Assembly: GCA_965227295.1 (NCBI GenBank)
Contig: OZ245742.1
Location: forward strand, 2,912,001-2,976,000
Direction: 5' to 3'
Source: Leptonemataceae bacterium
GTDB taxonomy: Bacteria > Spirochaetota > Leptospiria > Leptospirales > Leptonemataceae
DNA: 64,000 bases
The stretch's first letter is position 1; every line of letters begins with the position of its first letter. The notes beneath the pieces are model-generated. The model was not told where the DNA came from and searched no databases. It saw only the letters and a list, made by a program, of their open reading frames with translations. This document shows, piece after piece, positions 1 to 10,077 of this stretch. The translations under genes were made by a program, and so were the position numbers.

Positions 1-992
1 CCCTTGATCTGAGTCTCCTCGTTGCCGTAGAAGATGCGGTCGGTCAGCAGTTCGGCGAAGCTGTTGTTCAAAAGCTCGCTGCCGCTCGGGAACGACGTGC
101 CGCGCACGATGATCGGGATCGCGAAGTACTCCGGATAACGCTGGGCCAGTTGTTCCTGGCGAAAACCGGTGCTCACGCTGAGTTCTTCGGTCACGTCGTA
201 CTGTACGCCCAGGGCCCAGCGGAAGATGTCGATTTCGTAGCCGGCTTCGCCGCGTTCCAGGGAGTAGGTCGGCGGTGCGAGCGATGAATCGAAGGGCGAC
301 GGCGGGGAAGAGGCGATGCCGTAGGTCGTGCGAGAGTAGGTCATGTAACCGCTCCAGCCCGGTAGTCCGGTGCTGAACATCACGTCGCCGACGATGGAAA
401 GTTTATCCATTACGTAGAACTGAAAGTCCAGGCCCATGTACATGCCCTTGGCCGCGCCGTCGAAAACACTGGAGTCGCTGAAAAGTACGACGGGGTTCGT
501 TCCGAAGGAAAACTCGCTGTATACGAACTCCTTGAAGTGCTGGCGGTAACCCAGGCGCGGCGTGATGAATAACTCGCCCGGGATCACCGGATATTCGTAG
601 CCGGCTTCGAACTCCCAGTCCGTGCTCTTGTAGTTCGTCAGTTGGACGTCGGATAAGTAGAGCAGGCCGTAGCCGTCGAAGCTGTACTCGGGTTGATAGC
701 GAATGTAATTCCCGCCCAGAACGACCCGTCCCGGGCCGGCGTTGATCAGAAATTCCAGGCCCAAAGGATAGATCGTGTTCGTATGTTTGCCGTTCCAGTC
801 CTGGTTGATGCGGCCGAAGCCGTTGCCCTGGATGAGATCGTCCTTTTCCATACGCGATTCCATCTCGGGCGTGAGGTTGCCGGGCCAGTAGCCGGCGTTG
901 ATGCGCATGGTGGTCTGCGCGGACAGGGGTGCTGTCGCTAAGATCAGTCCGGCAGTCATTAGTGCCGCGGCCGTGAGCAGGCGTGATATCAT
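1..992 (-). CDS. Putative outer-membrane beta-barrel protein (3' end outside window)
   Basis: Not in the ORF track because it runs off the left edge. ATG at 992, GGAGGA at 1006-1001. Reads MISRLLTAAALMTAGLILATAPLSAQ (signal peptide), then aromatic-rich amphipathic strands (WEFEAGYEY, GLDFQFY, WALGVQYDV). Confidence 0.75.
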   Translation of the reverse strand, partial: MISRLLTAAALMTAGLILATAPLSAQTTMRINAGYWPGNLTPEMESRMEKDDLIQGNGFGRINQDWNGKHTNTIYPLGLEFLINAGPGRVVLGGNYIRYQPEYSFDGYGLLYLSDVQLTNYKSTDWEFEAGYEYPVIPGELFITPRLGYRQHFKEFVYSEFSFGTNPVVLFSDSSVFDGAAKGMYMGLDFQFYVMDKLSIVGDVMFSTGLPGWSGYMTYSRTTYGIASSPPSPFDSSLAPPTYSLERGEAGYEIDIFRWALGVQYDVTEELSVSTGFRQEQLAQRYPEYFAIPIIVRGTSFPSGSELLNNSFAELLTDRIFYGNEETQIK

Positions 993-1155
993 AAATCAGT
1001 TCCTCCGTATGCGTTTGTATGTCGAATGTTGCTAATCTATTGACTGTCGCACGGTTCGGCAACACCGGCGCTTCGTTAGCCGGAAGACGATCGGGGCGGC
1101 CCGGCGGTTCCCCGGATTCCGTTGACGTTCGCGGGATAGCGAGGAATTACGAAAC

Positions 1156-2103
1156 ATGCGGCCCTCCGACGAAAACGAAGAGCGCTGGATGTCCATCGGT
1201 GATTCGCGGGCCCGGGCGGAGACGTCGAAGTCGGAACTGCACCTGGATGAATCGTTGCCGCCGCCCGCCCTGCCGATTCGCGAAGGGCCCGTGGCACGGT
1301 CGCGGCTTTCGTCGCAGCCGGCCCTGCAACGACTGGAAGACTTGCGTGCGAGCGAGGTCGCTCAACAATCACGCAATAGACTCTACATTCGGCTTGCGAA
1401 GTTTCTCGCATTCGCCGGCGCGGCCGGCTGCATTTATCTCTTCGCTCCGGCCGGCTACATGGTAAGTCTCTATCTCCTGCTCGGCATGGTGGTGTACTTC
1501 ACTCTCTTGCCGTCGATCTACGGGAGTAGTGTACCGGAGTCACCGCCGGGCTATCCACTGGAGCTGCGCCGGATCTATGCCAGCGAAGTTGTTCCGATGG
1601 TGTTGCGCGACGAGGCGCCGGAGCTGTCTTTTCAGAGCGGCGCTGAGCCCGCGCGGGAAACCATCGCCGCGATCTTCAAGCGGAACGTTGACGACATGCG
1701 CGGCCTGCGCAGTGCGGATCGCTACGAAGGCAAGATCGACGGTGTGTACGTTGAATCATGGCATGTGACGTTTCGCTTTCGAGAGCGTAGCGGTCCTCAT
1801 ACTTACAGCGGCCGGCGGCATTCCGGTCGAATGATTCGATTGCATTTACCCGATCCGGATTTGTCCGCCGCGGAACTGGAAGATGTTGTAACGCGCGTCA
1901 ATCAGCAAGTCGGACGAAGCGGTGCCTTCAGAATCTTACAGGCAGGCGCAGATCTATACGTTTTCCTGAGTGGCGCGGCCGAACTGAGACCGGCCCTCGA
2001 CACGAGCCTCCTGGCCGATCCGGGGCTCGGTGACTTGCGGATGAGCCTGCGCCTGGCCCGTAAGCTCGCAGCCGCACTGAACGCGTATACTCCCGGCGCT
2101 TAG
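1156..2103 (+). CDS. Hypothetical membrane protein (two N-proximal TM helices)
   Basis: 315-aa ORF with GAGGA upstream and two hydrophobic segments; fills the space between neighbours. Confidence 0.7.
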   Translation: MRPSDENEERWMSIGDSRARAETSKSELHLDESLPPPALPIREGPVARSRLSSQPALQRLEDLRASEVAQQSRNRLYIRLAKFLAFAGAAGCIYLFAPAGYMVSLYLLLGMVVYFTLLPSIYGSSVPESPPGYPLELRRIYASEVVPMVLRDEAPELSFQSGAEPARETIAAIFKRNVDDMRGLRSADRYEGKIDGVYVESWHVTFRFRERSGPHTYSGRRHSGRMIRLHLPDPDLSAAELEDVVTRVNQQVGRSGAFRILQAGADLYVFLSGAAELRPALDTSLLADPGLGDLRMSLRLARKLAAALNAYTPGA

Positions 2104-2138
2104 CATGATTTAAATATAACTTTGCGCTCTGCGTCGCT

Positions 2139-2918
2139 CTAAATCTTCACGCCCCCGCTGATCTCGAGCACCACGCCGTTTACCAGTTCGTTCTCCGCGA
2201 TGAACGCCACCGTTTGCGCGATCTCTTCCGGTTCGCCCAGGCGGCCGATGGGAATGCGCGCCTGCCAGGTCTCCAGGGCCTTCTGGTTCATATCTTTTAG
2301 CACCATTTCCGTGGCGATGAAACCCGGCGCGATGCCGGCCACGCGGATGTTGTAGCGAGCGAGTTCGTGGGCCCAGAGCTTCGTCATGGCGGCGACGCCG
2401 GCCTTGGCCGCGGAGTAGTTCGTCTGCCCGGGATTGCCGTGCATGGCCACCGAGGCGATGGGGACGATGACGCCGCCGTTTCCGAGTTCCGCCATGTGGC
2501 AGGCCGCCTCGCGACCGGTGAGAAAAACGCCGGTCAAATTGACGTCGATCACCGACTGCCACTGACTTAAACTCATCTTACCTTTGACCTTGCCCGTTTC
2601 ACGATCCAGGCGCACGAGAAAACCGTCGCGCAAGATGCCGGCGTTCAACACGGCGATGTCGATGCGGCCGCACTGCTCGCTGATCTTCGCGAACAGCTCT
2701 TCCACGCTCGCTTCGTTCGAGACATCGCAGGCGAAGCCGAAGGCTTTCACGCCGCGCCCTTCCAGTTCCGTGCGCACGGCTTCCACGCCGTCGGCGTTGA
2801 TGTCCGTTACGACACACACGGCGCCGCGTTCGCCGAGATGTTCCAGCATGGCGCGGCCCAGTCCGCCGGCGGAACCGGTGACCACGGCGACTCGATCCAA
2901 CAAAGGCTTCTCACTCAT
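2139..2918 (-). CDS. SDR family oxidoreductase (FabG-like)
   Basis: TGSAGGLG Rossmann motif, NAG, catalytic YSAAK, PGFIAT. Confidence 0.92.
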   Translation of the reverse strand: MSEKPLLDRVAVVTGSAGGLGRAMLEHLGERGAVCVVTDINADGVEAVRTELEGRGVKAFGFACDVSNEASVEELFAKISEQCGRIDIAVLNAGILRDGFLVRLDRETGKVKGKMSLSQWQSVIDVNLTGVFLTGREAACHMAELGNGGVIVPIASVAMHGNPGQTNYSAAKAGVAAMTKLWAHELARYNIRVAGIAPGFIATEMVLKDMNQKALETWQARIPIGRLGEPEEIAQTVAFIAENELVNGVVLEISGGVKI

Positions 2919-3024
2919 GCTGCGAGGATTTTTCCATTGAGCCGCATGACAATGCTTTTTCCCGGCGACGCGCCCGCGTTATCATGCTCGACTCGAAATC
3001 CGTCGAAGATCAAAATAGTATTCG

Positions 3025-3867
3025 ATGATTCCTCGCATCTTCATCATCAGTGCGGCTGCCGTACTCTGCGGCACGCTCTTCGCCCAGGAAGCCGTGTCGA
3101 ATCAGGAGTACCTCGCGCGCGTGGATCGTTTGCGCGGTTTCGAGGACGGCGTCTACAACGGGCGGCTGACGATCGCCAAGCGCGGCGCGGCGGACGGCGC
3201 AGGCCGCACCGTGTTCGACGTCACGTTGTATCAGCGGGGCGACGCAAGATTGTTTGAGTTCGCGAGCGCGCGGCGCGGCCTGGAAGCGCAGTTGTTCTGT
3301 CTGGATGATGGGCGGACAATCTGGTATCGCGATCACGTCCGCCGGCGGCTGCGGCGCATCGAGGACGCGGCGCGCCTGGAACCTGTACTCGGCAGCGGCT
3401 TTGCTTACGTCGATCTCTCCGGCCTGGCCTTCGAGACGCAGTACACCGGTGTGCGTTTACAGGAGTTTCAGCCGGCCGACGGCGGCGGAACCGGCGGCGT
3501 GCCGGCCGGTGCGCAGTACCGGCGCCTGGAACTGCGGCCCATTTCGGCGAACGATGCTACCAGTCCGGCGTCGCCTTACGGTCGAGCGGTGTTAATCTTC
3601 GACGTCGCCGATCCGGAGCAGTACCGTCCCATCCGTCTGGACCTTTTCGACGACGAGCGCATTCTCTACAAGACGTTGCTCTATCACTATGACCGGCGCC
3701 TGATCCGCCGGAGCACGGGTACGGCGTTCGTGCCGGAGCGACCGGCGGGCCTGGAAATGCTGGACCTGAACGGCCGTACCGTTTCACGGTTCGAATTGGA
3801 TCGCTACGACGACGTCCGCGGGATGGCGGACGCGCTCTTCGATCCGCGCCGTCCCTATGCTCATTGA
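3025..3867 (+). CDS. Outer-membrane lipoprotein-sorting (LolA-like) family protein
   Basis: Signal peptide; RRLRRI...LGSGFAYVDL and RLDLFD...LYKTL...LFDP patterns typical of the family. Confidence 0.65.
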   Translation: MIPRIFIISAAAVLCGTLFAQEAVSNQEYLARVDRLRGFEDGVYNGRLTIAKRGAADGAGRTVFDVTLYQRGDARLFEFASARRGLEAQLFCLDDGRTIWYRDHVRRRLRRIEDAARLEPVLGSGFAYVDLSGLAFETQYTGVRLQEFQPADGGGTGGVPAGAQYRRLELRPISANDATSPASPYGRAVLIFDVADPEQYRPIRLDLFDDERILYKTLLYHYDRRLIRRSTGTAFVPERPAGLEMLDLNGRTVSRFELDRYDDVRGMADALFDPRRPYAH

Positions 3868-5065
3868 AGATACCATCCGCCTGTTCCTCGACAGCATCGG
3901 TCGCAGTGAAGAGTACGAGTTCTATCTCAAGAAATTCCTGTCCGATCGTTCCTCCTGTTTCGCGCTGCTGTGTCCCGACGAGGGCGCCCTAACTGACGGT
4001 GGAGAGAACCTACGCTTCGCCCTGGCCTTTCTGCGTCGCCTGGAACTGCTGCCCGCCGTGCTCTTCACCGGCCCCCGGGCGGAGGAGCTGTTCGCCCACC
4101 TCGGTGCCGCTGAGGAGACCGTCGTCTATCGTCCCTTCGAAAGTACGGAAATGGAGGACGATGTCCCGCGGCGCATGCCCCGGCGCAGCCTGGCCGAAGC
4201 GGACAGCGCCGGCGCAGCCCTGGAAGTGGAGCTCCTCTGCGAACTTTCGGCGGCGATCATGGAAGCACGAAGTCGCGGCCGGTCTCTGGCCATCGTCTGC
4301 GAAAACGAAACGTTGCTCTCGGCACTGCAGTTTCTGACGCGCCAGGTTGCGCCCCGGGCCTACTTCATTCGCAACGCCGGCGCTCTGCGCGATCCTGACG
4401 GCCGGGAGTTGTTGTACTATCACTTTCGTTCCGGGCGGGAGAAGCTGCATCCCGAGGACGGCGGACTGGCGCATCTCACCCAGGCGCTGCTCGAGTACGC
4501 GGCCGAGCGCCGACGGCACGGCGAGAAACGCAACTATCTGCATCTTTCCGTGACGGCGCCCTTTAACTTACTCAAAGAGATCTTTACGGTGAAAGGTGCC
4601 GGTACCATCGTTCGCCCCGGTTCGGTTTTGTTGCATCTTACGAACGCGGCCGACGTCGATCGCGAGCGGCTGGTGGAACTCCTGGGGCAGAGCTTTCGTA
4701 AAAAGCTGGTGAACCAAAACTTTCTCGAACACGCGGCCCACGTGTACGTGGAAGAGAATTATCAGGGCGCCATCATTCTCGAAGAGCAGCCCATGGGTTT
4801 GTATCTTTCCAAGTTCGCCGTAGACAAGCAAGCCCGCGGCCTCGGCATCGCCCAGGAATTATGGGAGGAGGTCATCCACAAACATCCGGCACTCTTCTGG
4901 CGTTCGCGTACGAGTAACTCCATCAATCGCTGGTACGCGAGCCTGGCCGACGGAATGCACCGGGTGGCTCCCTGGAACATATTCTGGCGCGGCGTGAACC
5001 CGGCGGACATTCCGCAGATTGTAGAGTTTTGTACGCAACGTCCGGAAGACTTTGCGGCCATGTAG
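3857..5065 (+). CDS. N-acetylglutamate synthase/kinase-like protein (degenerate AAK domain plus NAT/DUF619 domain)
   Basis: LLKEIFTVKGAGT linker; C-terminal YLSKFAV...ARGLG...LFWRSR...INRWY is characteristic of vertebrate-like NAGS. Confidence 0.8.
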   Translation: MLIEDTIRLFLDSIGRSEEYEFYLKKFLSDRSSCFALLCPDEGALTDGGENLRFALAFLRRLELLPAVLFTGPRAEELFAHLGAAEETVVYRPFESTEMEDDVPRRMPRRSLAEADSAGAALEVELLCELSAAIMEARSRGRSLAIVCENETLLSALQFLTRQVAPRAYFIRNAGALRDPDGRELLYYHFRSGREKLHPEDGGLAHLTQALLEYAAERRRHGEKRNYLHLSVTAPFNLLKEIFTVKGAGTIVRPGSVLLHLTNAADVDRERLVELLGQSFRKKLVNQNFLEHAAHVYVEENYQGAIILEEQPMGLYLSKFAVDKQARGLGIAQELWEEVIHKHPALFWRSRTSNSINRWYASLADGMHRVAPWNIFWRGVNPADIPQIVEFCTQRPEDFAAM

Positions 5066-5122
5066 AACGTGTTTTTCTTTTCACGGCGGGGTGCGGCGAT
5101 TTTACTGTCACCGTCAGCATTC

Positions 5123-6739
5123 ATGAAACTTCGAATTCCTTCTATTATTCTCGCGACCGCGGTCGTCGCGGTTCCGATCTTCCCTCCGGCCGCGCACGGG
5201 CAAAGTGCTCTCGACTTCGCGAAACTCGATCGTGAGATGAACGTGCTCGTTCCGGAGCTCATGAACGAACACGGCGTGGCCGGCGCGCAGGTTTTCGTGT
5301 TCGACGGCACGCGCACGCAGAGCTTCGCCTTCGGTCATCGCGATCCCGACTTCAGCGTGCCCGTGGAAACAAAGACGATATTCCAGGCGGCCGATCTCGT
5401 GCGTCCGCTTACCGCGTATCTCACGTTGCAGGATTTGCACGCAGAAGCGCGCGGTACGCAGGATGATCCGGCCGCACTGCTACAAAGCGAACTGCCGGCG
5501 GATGCCGTGCCGGATTTTCCCGTGCGCAGCGACGTCGCCGATGCGTCTCTGCAACTGGAACGCCTGCTGACCATGACCGCCGGTTTCGCCGCGTCTCGCG
5601 ACGGTCTCCTGCGCGGTGAAGAAGAGCGTCCCGATGCGGCGCAGTATCTTCGGGAACGTCTGCGGGTGCGCACCAAACCGGGCACGCTCATTGCGATTTC
5701 GCCGGAGTCGTACGCCTATCTCGGTCGTCGCCTCGAACATCGCCGGCAACGGCCGTTCTCCGAAATTGCCCGGGACGCGTTGCGCGGCGAACTCCGCATG
5801 CGATCGTCGTGCATACAAAAAGAGGATTGCGCCGACGCGGAACGCATCACCGCGGGGCTCACTCACGTGGATCGATTTTTCTTCGTGCAGCAGGAACCGC
5901 ACGTCCTCTATCCCGCCGCCGATTCGCTGTATACCACCGCCGACGAGTACGGCGCGTTCCTGCGCGAACTCGCGCGGCGCTACCGATCCGGGGACCCCGT
6001 GGTGCAGGCCATGTTCGAACGGGTCTATCGCTACGATCCGCGCCTGGGCGGCATGTCCGCCGGGGCCTTTCACGCCATGTGCCCGCCGCCCGCTAATGAT
6101 TCCGAAGCAGAAGTTAGCAATTGTCGCGCGGAGACGTCGATCTATCGCGTTGAGGGCCGGCAGCCCGGGTTCGCGGCGCTGGCCTTTCTGTCGCTGTCCG
6201 GCGGCGGCCGCGGTGCCGTGATTCTCGCGAACGGGAACGAACGTTTTTTTCCGCGCGAGGTCTTCGCGTATCTCGTGGATCGTTTCGGCCTGCTCCCGCA
6301 GAATCCGGGCGCCGTACCGCACGCGCAGAGCTACGAGGTATACGAGGGCACGTATCGCCCGCGAAACGTATTGCCGGCCGGGGCGCGCTTGTTTTCGTTT
6401 CTGAGCGACGTGCGCATCGGCATCGACAGCGAGGGCGGCCGGGCGCACATTGCCCTCGGCAGCGTCTTGCAGGAAGACGCGGACGTAAGCCTCTATCCGC
6501 TGAATGTTAGCGACGTCCCGGCGGATCTTTTTCTCGCGCGCGGTCAGGCGGAAATGGACGGCTGGCGCCTGCGCATGCGCGAGGACGGCGGCTTCGATAC
6601 GGATCTGGTGCGCTTCGACGCCGTCCCGTTTTTATTCAGCGCCCTGGCGATTTTCGTGTATCTGGGATTGCTGACGTCTTTGCCGGTGTTGTTGTTTATG
6701 TTGTATCTCATTCGAAGAGGGCACCTGGAGAAGCATTGA
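5123..6739 (+). CDS. Serine hydrolase/beta-lactamase-fold protein, probably catalytically inactive, C-terminal membrane anchor
   Basis: Signal peptide from ATG 5123; fold motifs LLTMTAG, PGT, LYTTA, VILAN are present but SxxK reads DLVR. Confidence 0.75.
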   Translation: MKLRIPSIILATAVVAVPIFPPAAHGQSALDFAKLDREMNVLVPELMNEHGVAGAQVFVFDGTRTQSFAFGHRDPDFSVPVETKTIFQAADLVRPLTAYLTLQDLHAEARGTQDDPAALLQSELPADAVPDFPVRSDVADASLQLERLLTMTAGFAASRDGLLRGEEERPDAAQYLRERLRVRTKPGTLIAISPESYAYLGRRLEHRRQRPFSEIARDALRGELRMRSSCIQKEDCADAERITAGLTHVDRFFFVQQEPHVLYPAADSLYTTADEYGAFLRELARRYRSGDPVVQAMFERVYRYDPRLGGMSAGAFHAMCPPPANDSEAEVSNCRAETSIYRVEGRQPGFAALAFLSLSGGGRGAVILANGNERFFPREVFAYLVDRFGLLPQNPGAVPHAQSYEVYEGTYRPRNVLPAGARLFSFLSDVRIGIDSEGGRAHIALGSVLQEDADVSLYPLNVSDVPADLFLARGQAEMDGWRLRMREDGGFDTDLVRFDAVPFLFSALAIFVYLGLLTSLPVLLFMLYLIRRGHLEKH

Positions 6740-6764
6740 CTCCGGGGAGAGATCAGGAGCGCTC

Positions 6765-8183
6765 ATGAATCAGAACGAAAAACGAGTCGTGATCGTCGGC
6801 GGCGGAGGGTTCGCGGGCATCAATGCCGCGCGTACCCTGGGAAACCGGGCCGGCGTGAAAGTGACCATCATCGATCAGCGGAACCATCATCTCTTTCAGC
6901 CGCTGCTCTACCAGGTGGCCCTCGCGGCCCTCTCGCCCGCGGACATCGCCACGCCCATCCGCACCGTCGTCTCCGATAAACGCAACGTCGACGTCATCAT
7001 GGCCAATGTCGAACGCGTGGACGTAAAAAACCGCGTGGTCCACTACGGGGATCGTTCTCTAAGTTACGATTACCTCGTGTTAAGCTGCGGCGCGTCGCAC
7101 TCGTACTTCGGCAACGATCACTGGGAGACCTTCGCTCCGGGTCTCAAGTCCGTGGAGGAAGCCACCGAAATTCGCCGGCGCGTGCTCATGGCCTTCGAGC
7201 TCGCGGAGCGGGAACGGGAAAACTCGGCGCGCAAAGAATTCCTGACATTCGTCATCGTCGGCGGCGGGCCCACCGGTGTCGAACTGGCCGGCGCCATCGG
7301 CGAAATCTCGCGCTATACGCTCGCCCGCGACTTCCGCCACATCGACCCGCGGCTCACGCGCATCATTTTAATCGAAGCCGGCCCGCGTATCCTGGCCGGC
7401 TTCGATCCGGAGCTGTCCGCGAAGGCGGCGCGCGGTCTCGAACGATTGGGCGTAACCGTGTGGACGAACACTCGCGTCACCGACATGGGCGTGGACGGGG
7501 TCACCGCGGGCGGTGAAGTGATCAAAGCGCGCACGGTCCTGTGGGCGGCCGGGGTGCGTCCGTCTTCGTTGAATCAAAGCCTGGGCGCGCCGCTGGACAA
7601 ACAGGGGCGCGTCATCGTCGAGGCCGATTGTTCGATCCCCGCGCATCCCGAGGTCTTCGTCCTGGGTGATCAGGCGAACTTTACGCATCACGGCAAGAAC
7701 ACGCTGCCGGGCCTCGCCCCGGTGGCCATCCAGCAGGGCCGGCACGTCGCTAAGAATATTTTACGTGAACTTAAGGGCGAAGAGCGCCGGGACTTCGAGT
7801 ACGTGGATAAGGGCATCATGGCGACGATCGGCCGGGCCCACGCCGTAGTGCAGACGGGCTTCCTGAAGTTCAGCGGCTTCACGGCCTGGCTGGCCTGGTT
7901 GTTCGTGCACATCTTTTTTTTGATCGGCTTTCGCAATCGGTTCTTCGTCTTTTTGCAATGGACCTGGTCGTACATGACCTTCGGCCGCGGCGCGCGCCTC
8001 ATAACTTCGCGGAACTGGACGTCCGCACGTCGACGGGACCTCATGGGCCGATACGAGGCCGCCTTCGAACGCAAAATGTCCGCGCGAAAAAAAGGCGGCG
8101 GTTCCAAACGCGACGGTGTGGCCGCGAAGAAACGTGTTTCGAAGAAAAAGAGCGCACGTAAGGTTTCGAAGAAGAAAGGTTAG
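6765..8183 (+). CDS. ndh: Type II NADH dehydrogenase
   Basis: VVIVGGGGFAG, LFQPLLYQVA, VIVGGGPTGVELAG, APVAIQQG, DKGIMATIG; AGGAG RBS. Confidence 0.93.
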   Translation: MNQNEKRVVIVGGGGFAGINAARTLGNRAGVKVTIIDQRNHHLFQPLLYQVALAALSPADIATPIRTVVSDKRNVDVIMANVERVDVKNRVVHYGDRSLSYDYLVLSCGASHSYFGNDHWETFAPGLKSVEEATEIRRRVLMAFELAERERENSARKEFLTFVIVGGGPTGVELAGAIGEISRYTLARDFRHIDPRLTRIILIEAGPRILAGFDPELSAKAARGLERLGVTVWTNTRVTDMGVDGVTAGGEVIKARTVLWAAGVRPSSLNQSLGAPLDKQGRVIVEADCSIPAHPEVFVLGDQANFTHHGKNTLPGLAPVAIQQGRHVAKNILRELKGEERRDFEYVDKGIMATIGRAHAVVQTGFLKFSGFTAWLAWLFVHIFFLIGFRNRFFVFLQWTWSYMTFGRGARLITSRNWTSARRRDLMGRYEAAFERKMSARKKGGGSKRDGVAAKKRVSKKKSARKVSKKKG

Positions 8184-8187
8184 TGCG

Positions 8188-8301
8188 ATGGAGCATCCCT
8201 GGCGCTTGTGGTTCGCGGCTCTTATCTTGTTGATCCTCCATGCTTTTCTCCGCGATGCTTCGCGTCAGCGATTGGAGCGATGGCCGAAGGCCAGGGGCTG
8301 A
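8188..8301 (+). pseudogene. Small membrane-protein ORF apparently interrupted by the IS
   Basis: ATG 4 nt after the ndh stop; MEHPWRLWFAALILLILHAFL hydrophobic segment; the stop codon lies inside the IS terminal repeat. Confidence 0.4.
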
Positions 8302-8344
8302 CCAAAAAGTGGCCTGCCAGAAGAGATAGGGCATTCATTTTATT

Positions 8345-8468
8345 GGGGGGAGCTCCGCTCCCCCTGGCTCCGACCCGCGTCGCTACGCGAACGCCCGGGC
8401 CTCGCCTTCGGCGAACGGCTCACCCTCCGGGCAAGCCTGTCCCGGGCTCGCGGTTCTCCGCCACCCCC
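8345..8468 (+). repeat. Structured element family A, copy 1 (inside IS, overlaps transposase 3' end in antisense)
   Basis: Collinear with 39696-39817 with compensatory base changes; UNCG-like loops on the + strand. Confidence 0.8.
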
Positions 8469-10077
8469 TCGGTGTGCAGGCTCCGTTCGCAGCTCATTCT
8501 TTTAACATTATGGGCAAGATAGAACAACCCGGCGTCGGCTTGTGCGCCGGCAAGGCCCCGGGTTACATACCGGCGCCGCTTTTGATTGAATTTGCCGTCT
8601 CCGAAAACGGTTTCCACAGCATGGCCCCGCATTCGTTGAAACTCACGACCCTGCGGGCTGTTAAGATTCTCTCGTGTGATGTTACGCAGCCTCTCCAGAT
8701 TCGGACGCACGGTCAGCGTGCCGGAACTACCCGGCGTGCATTTCTGCCGTAACGGACACTGTATGCAATCCGGAGGCGCGCTGTACTCACGGCTGTGCTC
8801 CACATACCCCGTGCGACTCAGACGACTCTTCGTTCGCTGAAAAGGCAAACGTCCCCCGGCCGGGCAGGTATAGACGTCACTGAATTCATCATACGAAAAA
8901 CGGTTCAAGCGTACACGTTCTTCATTCCATTTTGGAGATCTTTCACGAGCGTAGTGACTGTATTTTGCATAGCTCCGGATGCCGTGTCGTTCGAGGTACG
9001 CGAGGTTTTCTTCCGTACCGTAAGCGCCGTCGGCAATCACGGCTTCTGCCTCGGGGAGATGTTCGCGGACACTGTCCATCAATTCCGGGAAGCTTACCGG
9101 ATCGCTGCCGTTGTCGCTGACAACATACGCCGTAACGAAAAGATTCGATACCGCGATGCCCTCGTTATAACCGGGCCGCATGATGCCGTCTTTCATGCGC
9201 ATCGGCCGGGCGTCATGATCCGTGCGCGAACAGCCATTGCGATTTTGCAGGATTTCCCGCTGTTTTTCGTACTTTTCGCGCCGGCGTTCTAACTCACGCG
9301 TTCTGCGGAGTTTTTTTTAGTGTCTGCGGCAGTCTCCGCATCTATCCGGTCGGCTTTGAGCGCCGCGTTTGTAGATTCAACCAACGATTGCAGCGCTTCC
9401 GGAGAAACTCTGCCGCGCTCCATCTCCTCCAGATCGCGTTCGCCGTATTCGAGATCTTCGGCTTCGCTCAATGCTTTGATGTGTTTGAAGAGTTCATCGA
9501 GTTCCGTCTGGATTTCGGTAAGCTTACGATCCGCGGTCTTGCGCCAGTAAAAACGATGCCGGTTCGCGTTTGCTTCCATCTTCGTGTGATCCACAAATAC
9601 TTCGCGACCGGTAATGACTCCCTCATCCAGCGCGAACATTACGATCTGTTGAAAGATCGAACGCATCGGCTTCTCCAGGCGTTTGCGAAACAGATTCAAC
9701 GTCCGAAAGTCCGGTCGCTGACTGCCGCTGATCCAGAGAAATGTAATGTTCTCGCGCAGGGCTTTTGCCAGTTGCCGGCCCGTGTAAATTCGGTTGAGAT
9801 AACCCAGCACCCAGACCTTGAGCATCATGCGCGGATCATACGCACTCGTGCCGCCGCCGCGATAGGCAGTGTAGAGTTCACTGAGGTCCATCCTGTCAAT
9901 CAACTCGCTGACAATCCGTGCCAGATGCCCCGGCTCCACGTAGTCTTCTGTACTCGGCGGGAAAAGATAACTCTCGTTTTGAACATACGGCTTGAACTTC
10001 TGCGTCCTGGGCTTTCGCGAGGCACCGCTCAATTCGGTCGTTTCAGGGAAAAGTTCGTCTGCGTGCGGATCTGACAT
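8420..10077 (-). CDS. IS1182-family transposase, split by a -1 frameshift at the A8 run near 9318-9311
   Basis: ORF1 has GGGTSAYDPRMMLK, PDFRTLNLFR, VDHTKMEANAN. The -1 frame continues RNGCSRTDHDARPMRMKD, ADGAYG, DVYTCPAG, VETVFG, AHN. Confidence 0.88.

Noticed and set aside
403..1065. 220-aa ORF in the track
   Set aside because: Alternative frame overlapping the better-supported beta-barrel gene starting at 992.
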